Origin: the human T2T-CHM13v2.0 reference genome, Homo sapiens | Length of the DNA stretch: 64,000 bases | NCBI RefSeq assembly: GCF_009914755.1 | Contig: NC_060934.1 | Direction: 5' to 3' (one strand) | Notes under the pieces: generated by a model | Database searches by the model: none | What the model saw: only the letters and a program-made list of their open reading frames with translations | What the model was told of the DNA's origin: nothing | Translations under genes and position numbers: made by a program | In this document: positions 1 to 13,900 of the stretch, in pieces | Layout of the letters: each line of letters opens with the position of its first letter | How positions within the stretch are numbered: the first letter of the stretch is position 1

Positions 1-262
1 TCTTTTGAGAGAATTAAATAAGACTAAAGGCTGTTAGGATAATGAATGAGACATTAGAAAAGAGTTTAAAAAGTTTTTACCATTTGTTTAAGTGGAACTC
101 TTTTTTGGAACCCTTCAGGTTGTTTTGGTAAAGATTTTATTTTCCAAAGTGTTCTTAGGAAATCGTCTTGCATTTCTTTCTTAATGAGAGCCTGGCTGAG
201 ACTGGACAGAAGGTGACCCAGTGTTATTTGGGTTATGGCAAACCCCAATCTCTTTCAGACAT

Positions 263-477
263 GAGTGTTTCTCAACAGAATTCTAAAAGCATTTTTAGTG
301 GGACAATTCTTCATTGTGCAGGACCATCCATTAGCTTGAAGTACGTTAGCATTACTAGCCCCTGGGCACTAAATGACAGAGCACTTCTCAGTCACTGTGA
401 CAACCAAATACATTCTGCACCCATTTCCAAATGCCCCCAGGGTAGGAGAATACTGCCTGTGGTGGAACACCACGGAT
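263..477 (-). mobile_element. MER20 (hAT-Charlie) DNA transposon
   Basis: gtttctcaac...gtgacaaccaaa...ccaaatgccccc...gaacaccac matches the reverse complement of the recalled MER20 consensus. Confidence 0.75.
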
Positions 478-865
478 CTAGACATTAATAAATTGGTTTC
501 CATTCATTGCAATGAAACAATTCCAGATGAAGACAGTGGCTCATAAATAAGCATATGAGAATCATTTAATTCTTCCCTAAAGCACTCAACTCAAATATAC
601 ATGGGATCCTAGATAGCAAACATGATGCTATTTGCTTCATCATGAACAAGGATTGCAAATGCAGCATAAGATATTATCCTCCTAGTCTAACACAAAATCC
701 TGAAACTGAAAGTGGGTAATGACAACTAACGTCAATGGGAAGATAGCAGAGTAGGCCTTTCACAAAAAAAACATGGCAGACAGCAAGAAGAAAATGGGCC
801 TCAGTCTGGAGATGAGGTTAAGAAAGTTTGTGACCTCAGAAAGATAAAATCAGAGTAAATCCATA

Positions 866-1276
866 TGCTATTGTTTAGATGTTTGTCCCATCAAAATTTG
901 TGCAGAAATTTGATCCCTGGTCTTGGAGGTAGGGGCCTAATGGGAAGTGCTTGGGTCATGGGGGTGGATTCCTTATAAATAGATTAATGCCTTCCCTATA
1001 GGGGAGAGTCATTTCCACAAGAACTGGTTATTATAAAGAGCTTGGTGCCTCCCTCTCTCTCTCTCGCTTTCTCTCTCACTGTGTGATCTCTGCACACGTT
1101 GGCTCCCCTTCACCTTCCACCACAAGTGGTAACAGCCTGAGGATCTCACTAGAAGCAGACGCTGGGACCATGCTTCCTGTACAGCCTGCAGAACCAGGAG
1201 CCAGATAAACCCCTTTTCTCTATAAATTACCCAGCTGCAAGTATTTCCTTAGAGCAACACAAAATGGACTAAAACA
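866..1276 (+). mobile_element. MSTB-like MaLR solo LTR
   Basis: tgctattgtttagatgtttgtccc start, agcaacacaaaatggactaaaaca end, 5-bp TSD ccata/acata. Confidence 0.85.
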
Positions 1277-1489
1277 ACATACCTTTGTATCAAATCCCAT
1301 AATACTGAGGCTAAAAGCATGAACAGAAGTTAACAATTTGAGCACACCTTGTACTAGGCACTAGTTAGAAAATGCTACCATTCTTAGACAAATAAAGGCA
1401 AGTGCTGCTTCATAAGATGAGGTTCTTAAAAACTGTGGTTCAGCAAAAGTACATTTTAAAAATAAGATTTGTGCACTGGTTTCTCCGTC

Positions 1490-1697
1490 TACCCTCTACA
1501 ATGTTCTTCTCCCAGATAATCACGTGAGCCACTTGCCCACCATTTTCATGGCTGTGTGAAAATATCAGCTTCTCAGTGAGGTTACCTGACCACCCAGTTT
1601 GAAACAGCAGCTTCCACTCTGAGCTCATCACTGTCTGTTTCTCTTATCTGTTCTTTTCCACAGCTCTTCTCACCATTCAATACACTGTGCATTCACT
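1490..1697 (+). mobile_element. L2 fragment
   Basis: Degenerate L2 3' region motif (aatatcagcttctcagtgaggttacctgaccaccc). Confidence 0.55.
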
Positions 1698-2334
1698 TTT
1701 TTTTTTTTTTAAATCTAGGTGGAAGGCAGTCCGTTCACTGGGATGTAATGGATTTTTTAAAGTCTAGATTGAAGGCAGTATCCCTTCATCGTGATGGAAG
1801 GAATTTAAAACTTTCTAGTTGGGAAGACAAATGAAAAGCCTCATAATGAGGTTAAAGTCAAGGATGCAAAAGAAACCTACCCCCACAACCACATAAATGG
1901 CATGATAATGTGTATGTGTTGCCTCAGACACCACAGTGACTATCTTTGTATGAAGTATAAAGCAGACCAATTCAGACAAAAATGAAAATGTACCAGAAAA
2001 AAATAATTTGGACCCTGTTGAAAATGAAATCTATTTCAAAAGCTTCAATCCTCTCTTTACTGCGATTGTCTATAAGTGACTATGAATTTAAGAAGTTGTG
2101 TTTCATTGTTAATTGCAATATTTTTCAAAGCTATTATACTCTAGGTCTGGAGACCACAGTTGATCTAGGTTTGGTGGTCTGCTACAGAGGGAGATTTCTT
2201 TTTTGAAGGGTTTTTTTTTTTTTTTGGCGGGGAGCAGGGTGGGATGAGGGCAAAAGGGGGTTAAAATAGGTGGCAAATGATAGCTTTCATCCTTAGTGAA
2301 AAGCCATGGCTTCTAGAAATGTCTACCATCTGAT

Positions 2335-2455
2335 AGTCATTCGACAAATGTCTATTGAGCACCCATATATGCCAGGTACTGTTCTGGACCCTTGGGATAC
2401 ATCAACAATCAAAACAGAGAAGCAGCCTGTCCTCCTGCAGCTTCCTTTCTGGAGA
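2335..2455 (-). mobile_element. L2 3' end fragment
   Basis: cattcgacaaatgtctattgagcaccc...gccaggtactgttct, the typical antisense L2 tail. Confidence 0.7.
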
Positions 2456-2507
2456 AAATTCTAAAATATGACTAGGTGGTCTTCGATTAATTGACTATTT
2501 TTCTTTA

Positions 2508-2903
<396 letters not shown>

Positions 2904-3621
2904 TTAGAAACCATCACTAAAAATTTCATCTTTGCTTCTGCTTATGGTATTGAAAGCTTTTTGTTCATATCAGAAATATATATGCAGAGTTTTCTGTGGT
3001 AAGGAATTGTGCTAAGAAGCAGGAGGGGATATAAACATATGTGAGACGTATCTGTCAACTTATCCTTTGATGGGTTCCACCCATACCACGGTTTCAAAGG
3101 AAAATACTATCATCTCTGTGTTGCAATGGCCGGGCAACATCATTCTGCCCATGGTACCTCCAGTAAATACAGAACAGAGCTGGAACTCTGCCTTTCACTC
3201 AATTAAAGCCCCTTGTGGTTCAGATGTTTACACAATGGAAACTAACAAAGAAACCAAAGGCCAAACAGAGTGGTTGGGGCAGAAGGGTCTTTTAATCCTG
3301 GGTCTGAGGACCAATGTCCTAAAGGGATAAAAGCCCACCCAATGTCACCAGAGGCAGAAATAGGATGCATGCTGCCTGTCATCCGATGATCAGAGACCAT
3401 ATATTATTCTCTCTGTTCAGATCCATCATTGAGGTTTTTATGAGAGAAGGCTGTCTTGAAGGAATGCTTTATCTCGGTTTGCACATACTGCAAGTCAACC
3501 AGAGTTAGAGGGAGCTGCCATGTTTGTGCTGGAAGTGATAGAGCTGGGCTGCAGGGGGGTGGAGGATGGGGGAGGTAGGAGAGCAGACGTCTATTGATTT
3601 GGTGTTTTAGCTAATCGACCT

Positions 3622-3707
3622 ATGGTTTGGGACTCAGGATGTGGTCAAGTGTTGTTAAGGCATGTTCAGGAACAATACTTGACCACATTTTGAATTCCAA
3701 ACCATAT
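3622..3707 (+). ncRNA. MIR1265: microRNA 1265 precursor hairpin (mature ~3635-3656)
   Basis: 36-bp inverted repeat 3621-3656 / 3671-3706 with a 14-nt loop and 5 non-Watson-Crick positions (4 G.U, 1 C-A on + strand). The 5' arm contains CAGGATGTGGTCAAGTGTTGTT, which I recognise as mature hsa-miR-1265. Confidence 0.9.
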
Positions 3708-4275
3708 TCTACAACTTTTTCCACATATTTGGTGTAATCCTCCATTTTCTATTTTTGAGTTCGACAAAAAGGGGTCAAGAAAATATAAATGCATTTCGAG
3801 AGTTTTTTAGACCTCCAAAGGTCTTGAAGAATAATATTTTGAGCAGTTAGGTATAAATAATTCAGAAACATATGGATAGAATTTACTTCTACATATCAGA
3901 ATGTAACACAAAGTAAGGAGAAATATTTGACTGTACTCTGCTTGGTAGGGTCCCAGTGTTTGAAAGAAGTGCAGCCGCATGAACCATTCTGGGCTGCTTC
4001 CTGTCCCGCTTTTGTACGCATCTCTCTCTCTCTTGCTTTCAAGCTGCATGAACATGTACTTAGACTTCAGGTATATTTTAAGGAATAACAGCTGGTAGTT
4101 TGAGGGACCCATACATCCCTCACGTACGGCCATAGATGCTATGTTCAGCAAATATGAACAAACACAGCAAAAATCTATGCTGTGCTCTCCGCCACATCGA
4201 TGCTGGCTTTTCTAGCATTCCATCCAATTCCAGCTTTCTGCTTGTCTCAGAAATGGATGGGGGTCAGGGGTGTGA

Positions 4276-4416
4276 CAGGAATAGCTTCATAACTTGAGGA
4301 ACCCAGTACAAAATGAAAATGTGGGCCCCTTGTTCAATAAGTATTAAGAATGTTAGGATGGCAACAGCAGAACGTTCGAAGAAGGCTGGGGAGTTTGGCC
4401 TAGGAAGCTGGCCCTG
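4276..4416 (-). mobile_element. MER45A-like (hAT-Tip100) DNA transposon
   Basis: cagga...cccagtacaaaatgaaaatgtgggccccttgttc...gaagctggccctg termini match the recalled MER45A. Confidence 0.65.
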
Positions 4417-4451
4417 CGTGGTGATGCCCTAAGGCATTTTTTCCCCTCTAA

Positions 4452-4793
<342 letters not shown>

Positions 4794-5170
4794 GCCCTTC
4801 AACATTTATTTTGGCAAATAAAAACAAGATGATGGCAGAATAATAAATGTGAACACCGATTTAAAAGGTAGTATGGCCTGAGAATGTAATGGAAGGATTT
4901 GGATTTCCCAAGCACTGCTAACTAAAATCAAGAGACAGGACCAGATATCAGCAAACATTTCAAAAGGAATCACCGTATGGTGAAAAGAAATGAAGCTGTA
5001 GACGGAACCAGTTGAGTTCTAATTAGCAAAGAGGTAAGCAATTCAGAAGAGTGGTGAGGCTACAGTTCTTGAGGCTATTGTGCTATTTGTTTTTTTTTAA
5101 TAGAGACTCTAAGGAAAGCCATTAATGCAAAGAAAGGAATTCTATTTAAACCTGATGGTGCTGTGTTGCA

Positions 5171-5216
5171 TTAGGTTGGTACAAAAGTAATTGCAGTTTT
5201 TGCCATTAAAAGTAAT
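5171..5216. mobile_element. MADE1 half element
   Basis: ttaggttggtacaaaagtaattgcagtttttgccatt is a MADE1 TIR. Confidence 0.85.
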
Positions 5217-5225
5217 AATAATTTG

Positions 5226-5377
5226 GCCTGTAATCCCAGCACTTTGGGAGGCCAAGGTGGGCAGATCACCTAAGGTCAGGAGTTTCAGACCAGCCTCATG
5301 CTTGGCAATGAGCCAAGATCGTGACACTGCACTCCAGCCTGGGTGACAGGGTGAGACTCCATCTCAAAAAAAAAAAA
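5226..5377 (+). mobile_element. Alu with large internal deletion
   Basis: Left-arm start fused to right-arm end; TSD aaaagtaataataa/aaaagtaatcataa. Confidence 0.9.
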
Positions 5378-5419
5378 GTAATCATAATAACACCAAGAAA
5401 GTTTTAAAATAAACATTGA

Positions 5420-5784
<365 letters not shown>

Positions 5785-7199
5785 ATGCTTCTGCAATTTT
5801 TTATTTGACCACATGCTTTACTCAGTGTTGCCTAAATAGAGATCTCTACTTCTTCCCTCACAGTTGCCAGAGATGAATAAACGTGTAAAGCAACAACTCT
5901 TGCACTCTGAAGTCACCTTACAACAATGTCTTTTACGATGAGTCTTGAGAATGAGACCACCGAATCTAAATGTAGGCATTGCCCATAACATTTGTTTCTA
6001 GAAATGTTGTACATGGCCTGCTCTTATGTATTTATTTTTAAAAGAAATATTTTTTCTGCTGATAAAAATTTAAGCGATGATACAGAAGTGTGCAGAGTAC
6101 AAAACTGAAATCTCTTGTTTATTTCCATCTCTTTTGTGAGAAGCCTGTTAATATCCTTTGAAATTCTTCTGCAAGCTTTGTCATATTATATTATAAAGAG
6201 CACTTTATAAGTTCAGTATTTTTTACAGTTTCTCATTCATCTTTTTTGTTTGTTTGCCTGTGGGGTCGATTAAGACTTGCTTTTAGAAAAAAACAAGGAG
6301 ACGAAAACAGAGTGTGGGTCACATTCTTTACACAGAGTTCACTCTCATTTTTAAAGAAGAATTGATTCTATTTTTTAGCTGATCAGCATAAAGTGCTTTA
6401 TTAAGCATAAACTTGTACCATGTACTTTATCTTATTTATTTAAGATGGATGAATCTGTTTTATGCATATATTAAAAAGTTATCAAAAAAGCAACACCCAG
6501 TGCTTCATATATTACAGAAAATAAGTGTTAATTCAATAAACAAACTAGAAATTCTTCAGTATGCCAAAGACTTGGCTTTAGATGAACTATCAATTTAATT
6601 CCATTCAGCAAACATCTGTTAAGCATCTGCTGGTGCTGCCTTTACTGAATGAGCTGCTTCCTGCAGATCGAAGGATGAGCTGGACTAGGTTCTGACCCAG
6701 GGCAAGTCTGCTCCATCTGACTTCTTATAGGTGGTAAAATGCACAAATACTACAGGCTAAACGAAGTACTACAATGAAAGAAGTCTTTCCTGGCAAAGTG
6801 GACCACGGGACTTAATAAGTCTTTCATTTCAAATCTATGTCATCTCATAAATAGCAGAGCAATGTGTGACAACACAAAGACTTTATTCCCTTCATAGACT
6901 CCACTAGGGGACACTTCCCAGAAGACTGGAAAGTATTTCAAACAACATAATCTACACTTCTCAGACTGAGTTAGCAAAGGGCATCTGAGGACACATTTAT
7001 TTTCCCTGAGCTTCTTTTCTGGAGCTTTTTCAATTCCCTGCAAATTTTCAAGATTTGGTAATTGGTGGCTGATCCCAGAGCAACAGCAATGAATCAGGCG
7101 GGTGTGATAGCAAGGACCACTGGGACACTCTGTGTACACCGAAACCATCCTAAGCAAGCCAAGCTGAGGAAATTGAGGCTGTCTATGAATTCCCACTGA

Positions 7200-7282
7200 G
7201 CTGGGCGTGGTGGCTCACACCTGTAATTCCAGCACTTTGGGAGACCGAGGCAGGTGGATCACTTGAGGTCGGGAGTTTGAGA
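7200..7282 (+). mobile_element. Alu 5' fragment (3'-truncated, no tail)
   Basis: gctgggcgtggtggctcacacctgtaat...gggagtttgaga followed by unique sequence. Confidence 0.85.
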
Positions 7283-7890
7283 ATTCCTGCAGAGAAAAAA
7301 TTAAATTGGAAAGAATAGTTCTGTCTGAGCTGATCCTCATTTCTTTATATTTTAATAAGTTGAGGTGACATGAATGGAAGAGGCTTCCTTTCTCACCACT
7401 GAATCTATTGCATTTGAAGGTGTGCTTGCACAGCTGGAAATGTGCATGGGTGTATGTGTGCATGTGTCTATCTGTCTTCAGGAAAAGGAGATGATGACAA
7501 GTTAGGGTGAGAGAGGCGGCACCACATGGCCCTGTAGAAGCAAGGTGGAAGAGATGGGGATGTCTACAGGAAGCCAGGCTGCAAATTGCTTCGGCCCTAG
7601 GTATTACTCTTTCCTGCTCAAGCTGTCTGATGCCTCCTTCCTTTGGCCTTGCCTTTGCTGTGCCAGGGAGGGCAGCCCCAGGGCAGACACTGTGGTCTGG
7701 GGAGGATGGAGTAGAGTGAATGGAGCAGAGGGCACTTGACTCTACCCCTTCTTCCCAGGTATTCCCCCATCTTCCTCAGGCCACTGAAGCCTCCTGACCA
7801 CCTAGATTTAACTGGACACATATTATCAACCTCACCCTTCCACTAGGCACCAGCCTTCCCCTGACTACCTCTAAGACACTTCCAGATACT

Positions 7891-7957
7891 ATAGGTTGAT
7901 GCAAAGGTAATTGCGACTTTTGCCATGAAAAGTAATGGCACCTTTGCACCAACCTAA
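7891..7957. mobile_element. MADE1 with internal deletion
   Basis: taggttgatgcaaaggtaattgc...tttgcaccaacctaa TIRs. Confidence 0.85.
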
Positions 7958-7997
7958 CAGAGAAGCCAGCTTAGGCTAGTGTCATCAAAAACGGAGG

Positions 7998-8160
7998 ATT
8001 AGGAGATATACCTAATGTAAATGGTTAATGGGTGCAGCACACCAACATGGCACGTGTATACATATGTAACAAGCCTGCACATTGTGCACACGTACCCTAG
8101 AACTTAAAGTATAATAAGAAAATATATATATATTCTAAAACAAATAATAAATAAAACAAA
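7998..8160 (+). mobile_element. L1PA 3' end, severely 5'-truncated
   Basis: attaggagatatacctaatgtaaat...gtaccctagaacttaaagtataat plus A tail; TSD caaaaacggagga/caaaaaaggtgga. Confidence 0.9.
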
Positions 8161-8216
8161 AAAGGTGGAAAGGAGAATTTATTAGAAGACTACGGGTGTA
8201 TCTCATGGGACAGGAA

Positions 8217-8550
8217 TGCATTCATTCATTCACTCATTCATTCATTCACTCAAAAAAATAAGTACTGAGTAACCAGTATGTGCCGGGTAGAGAGACAGAC
8301 GCTGTGGATTCATTAGTGAAAGAGATAGACATGCTCTCTGCTTCTACCTTGTTAAAGAGACAGACAGTAAAGAAATCATCATACAAATATGCATATCATT
8401 ATAAATTGTGTTGCGTGCTCTAGGGAAAAGCCATAGGATATCTTAGAAAGTATAACAGGGGGACTTAACTCAGATGTAGATTGTTGTTTCCGGAAAGACT
8501 TTGCTGAGGAGTGGTAGGTGGCTTCAGGGATGAATTCTGCCAAGCAATTA
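8217..8550 (-). mobile_element. L2 3' fragment with (CATT)n tail
   Basis: cattcattcattcactcattcattc followed by antisense L2 body. Confidence 0.7.
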
Positions 8551-8566
8551 AGAGAGAAATTTTACC

Positions 8567-8920
8567 GCCGGGTGTGGTGGTTCATGCCTGTAATCCCAGC
8601 ACTTCGGGAGGCCAAGGCAGGCAGATCACTTGAGATCAGGAGTTCAAGACCACCCAGCCCAACATGGTAAAACTCTGTCTCTACTAAAAAATACAAAAAT
8701 TAGCCAGGCGTGGTGGTGCAGGCCTGTAGTCCCAGGCACTCAGGAGGCTGAGGCAGGAGAACTGCTTGAATCGGGGTGGTGGAGATAGCAGTGAGAATTG
8801 CTTGAACCTGGGAGGAGGAGATTGAGATCGCACCACTGCACTCCTGCCTGGGCGACAGAGCGAGACTCCATCTCAAACAACAACAAAATGAAACAAAAAA
8901 CAAACAAACAAACCAAAAAG
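8567..8920 (+). mobile_element. AluS with internal duplication in right arm
   Basis: TSD agaaattttacc/agaaattatacc; (CAAA)n-type tail. Confidence 0.95.
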
Positions 8921-9062
8921 CAGAAATTATACCAGTTCAACATACACACTTTGAGAAAATAGGAGACCAATTCTCAACTGGTTTTATGAAGTCAGCACTA
9001 CCATGATACCAAAACTATGTAAAACCTTACAAGAAAAGACAAGTAGAGAGCTCATGAACATA

Positions 9063-9515
9063 TATGGTAGGTAGAATAAATGTCCCTCTGCCCCTCAGTA
9101 TGTCTGCATTCTAATTGGCGGAACCTGTAAATGTTACGTTAATCCTTATATTGCAGATGTGATTAAAGTAAGGATTTTGAGGTGGGTTATCCAGTTACAA
9201 CTGATGAAACCACAGCAGTTCTTGTAAGTGGGAAGCAGGAGGTAATTAGAAGATAAGGTAATGTGATGGCAAAAGCAGAGATTAGAGGGACATGCTTTGA
9301 GGATGGAGGAAGGGGCCACAAGACTTGAAAAGTTAAAGAAATAGTTTCCCCTCTGAGCTCCAGAAGAACCAGCCTGGTCAATACCTTGACTTTATCCCAC
9401 TGAAATGGCATTTGGACTTCTGACCTCCAGAACTATAAGAGAAAACAACTGTACTGTTTCAAGCCACTCAATGCACTATGGTAACTTGTTACAGGAGGAA
9501 CAGAAGACCAATGCA
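9063..9515 (+). mobile_element. MLT1D-like MaLR solo LTR
   Basis: tatggtaggtagaataa...ttggacttctgacctccagaacta...; TSD acata/gcata. Confidence 0.85.
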
Positions 9516-10625
9516 GCATAATTGTATGAGTCTGCAACAAAATTTTAGCAAACCATGCCAAGCAATTTACAAAAAATATAATATATCATCAATAAGTGAG
9601 ATAGTCCCAAGAGTTGAAGATTGGTTTAACATTTTTGAAAAAAAATCTATAATTGACCATATTAACAAGTTTAAAAAGAAAAGCCATTTGATCATCTCAA
9701 ATAGATACAGAATAAGCATTTGACAAAATTTAGCACCTGTTCACGGAAAGAAAACCACAAACCTCTGCCAAATAGGAAAAGAAGGAAATTTCTTCACCTT
9801 AATAAAATATATCTACTAAAAATCTACAGCTTACATTATAACTCACTATAAAAGAAGGAATGTGTTTTAGAAATAACATGTCTATACTTACCACCTCTAT
9901 TCAATATTGTACCTAGCCAGTGTAACAAAACAAGAAAAAAAAAGGAATAGACTTGGAGAAAAAGAAAGAAAGCTCTTCTTTTCACAAATGGCATGATCTA
10001 ATTCTAAAAAACCATTTTTAAAAAGGCTACTAGAACAAATAAGGGAGTTTATAGCAAGGCCACAATATACAAGATCAACATAGAAAAATTCAGTGTACTT
10101 ATATATAGTCGCAATAAAAAATTGAAAATTGGGAAGTGAATTATACTAAAATCTGAAACATTTTGCTGAGAAAAAAATTTAAAAAAACATAAATAAGTGG
10201 AGAGATGTATCATTTCATGGATGGAAAGACAATGTGGTTAAAATCCTAGCAGACATTTTTGGTAGAAATTTTCAAGTTGATTCTGAAAGTTACAAGGAAA
10301 TGTGGAGATCTACTATAGCTAAAATAACTTTGAGAAGAAAAAAATGTTAGAGGGCTTAATATTATTTCAAAACTTACTATAAAGCTATGGTAATTAAACT
10401 TTCTGTCCACCCAAACAGAATATACATATTGATCAATAAAACAGAATAGAAATAGACCCATGCATATATGATCAATTAGTTTTCAACAAAGAAACTGAAG
10501 TCGTTCAATGGGGGAAAAAATGTTTTTTCAACAAATGGAACTCAAACAATGGGACATTCATATGAGAAAAAAGTGAATCTCAACCTCAACCTCATACCCT
10601 ATTAAAAAAATAATTCAAGATGGAT

Positions 10626-10845
10626 CATATATATACACACATATACATGTATGAGATATACTAGTATATATACATATATTATATAATATATAGGATGTCA
10701 TATATTATGATATATAATATATATTTCTATGTATATAAGGCATCAGGTGTCTTATATATACATATATGATTAATACAGATTATAATATATGACATCGTAT
10801 ATATTATATGTCATATATTATGATATATATCTCATATATATATAT
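10626..10845. repeat. AT-rich (TA)n-like quasi-palindromic repeat
   Basis: TATA-rich tract containing a 28-bp inverted repeat. Confidence 0.85.
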
Positions 10846-10946
10846 CAGAGCACGGAAACATAAACCGTCAAAGGGAAATTTGATAATTTGATTTGATAAA
10901 TCAAAAGATTTCATTTTGTCCTTGAAAAACATTGTTGAAAAATTAG

Positions 10947-11312
10947 GGCCAGGTGCAGTGGCTCATGCCTGTAATCCCAGCTCATTAGGATGCCGATGTG
11001 GGAGGATCACTTGAGGTCAGGAGTTTGAGACCAGCCTGGGCAATATGGTGAGACCATGTCTCTACAAAAACACTTTAAAAAGAAAAAATTATTCAGTTTC
11101 TGCACCAGATGACAAAAAAAGAGAGAGGGAAAAGAAAAACAGAAAAAATTATCCAAGCATGGTGGTGGATGCCTGAAGTCCTAGTTACTCAGGAGACTGA
11201 GGTGAGAGGATTTCTTGAGCTCAGGAAGCCAAGGCTGTAGTGAGCTGTGATTGCACCACTGCACTCCAGCCTGGGTGACAGAGCAAAACCCTGTCTCTAA
11301 AATAAATAAAAA
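10947..11312 (+). mobile_element. AluJ with insertion in central A-linker
   Basis: Diverged dimeric Alu; 48-bp extra segment in the linker. Confidence 0.9.
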
Positions 11313-12299
11313 TAGGCAAGTCATATATTTTGAGAAAATATTTACAAAACATATATCTGATTAAAGATTTTTAGCAGAATATATATGAACATTTATAATT
11401 TATTAAGAAAAAAGAAAAGCAACTGGTAAAAACCCAAATGGCCAAAGATGTAAACAAACACCTTACAACCGTAAGTATGGCCAACACAGGCTATGAAAAA
11501 ATATTCAACATTAGCAGCCATCAAGGAAACGCAAATTAAAACTGTAAAAAGATATGACACACCACTAGAATCAAAAAAATTACAAAGATTGAAAATACTT
11601 CCATTGGTGAGGGTGAAGAGAAACTGGAATCCTCATTCTTTGCTATACATTATATAACTGCTTTGTAAAACATGTTGATGATTTTAAATAAAGTTAAATC
11701 TATTCTTATTTTACTACTAGAAATTCCCCTCGTTCTAGTAGCCTTTTTTAAAATGATTTTTTAGAATTAGATCATGCCATTTGTGAAAAGAAGAGCTTTC
11801 TTTCTTCTCCCCCAAGTCTATTCCTTTTTTTTTTTTTCTTGTTTTGTTACACTGGCTAGGTACTATATTGATTAGAGGAGGTAAGAATAGACATTCTTAT
11901 GTTATTTTAAAACACATTCCTTCTTTTATAATGAACTATAAGTGAATGGATTTTTATTATATGTAAATCATGGCTCAATAAAACTGATTTTATATGTATA
12001 AATATTTGTATGTACGTGTGTGTATGTAAAGAACACATACCAAATAAAGCAAAAGAATACACATTAGATACTTTAGGAAGATTGCCTATTGGAAGCAGAG
12101 GAAAATTGTGTTGGGAAATGGAAATAAAAGGAAGAAGGAATAAAGGAAGGTTAGAAGAGAGAAGATAACTGAGGTGCTTGCATGAGACAAAAATAATCAG
12201 CGCCATTAACTGAGTTCCATGATGATTAACTTCACCCTCTGCACCTGGGTGTGAAGGGGAAAAAAATCTTTAATATAAAAGCAAGCCCAGACATAATAT

Positions 12300-13900
<1,601 letters not shown>

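Larger units (their letters stand above)
8921..11730 (+). mobile_element. Old L1M ORF2/3' region, interrupted by MLT1D, an AT repeat and AluJ
   Basis: Collinear degenerate ORF2 motifs (atcatctcaaatagatacagaataagcatttgacaaaatt; tatcatttcatggatggaaagac; ttcaacaaatggaactc). Confidence 0.8.

Noticed and set aside
6899-6914. CTCF-like ccactaggggacac (also ~26790)
   Set aside because: Mismatches at core positions; a motif alone is insufficient.
7891-7957. MADE1 as a possible miR-548-family hairpin (also 5171 and 24363)
   Set aside because: All three copies are truncated or internally deleted; no mature miR-548 recognised.
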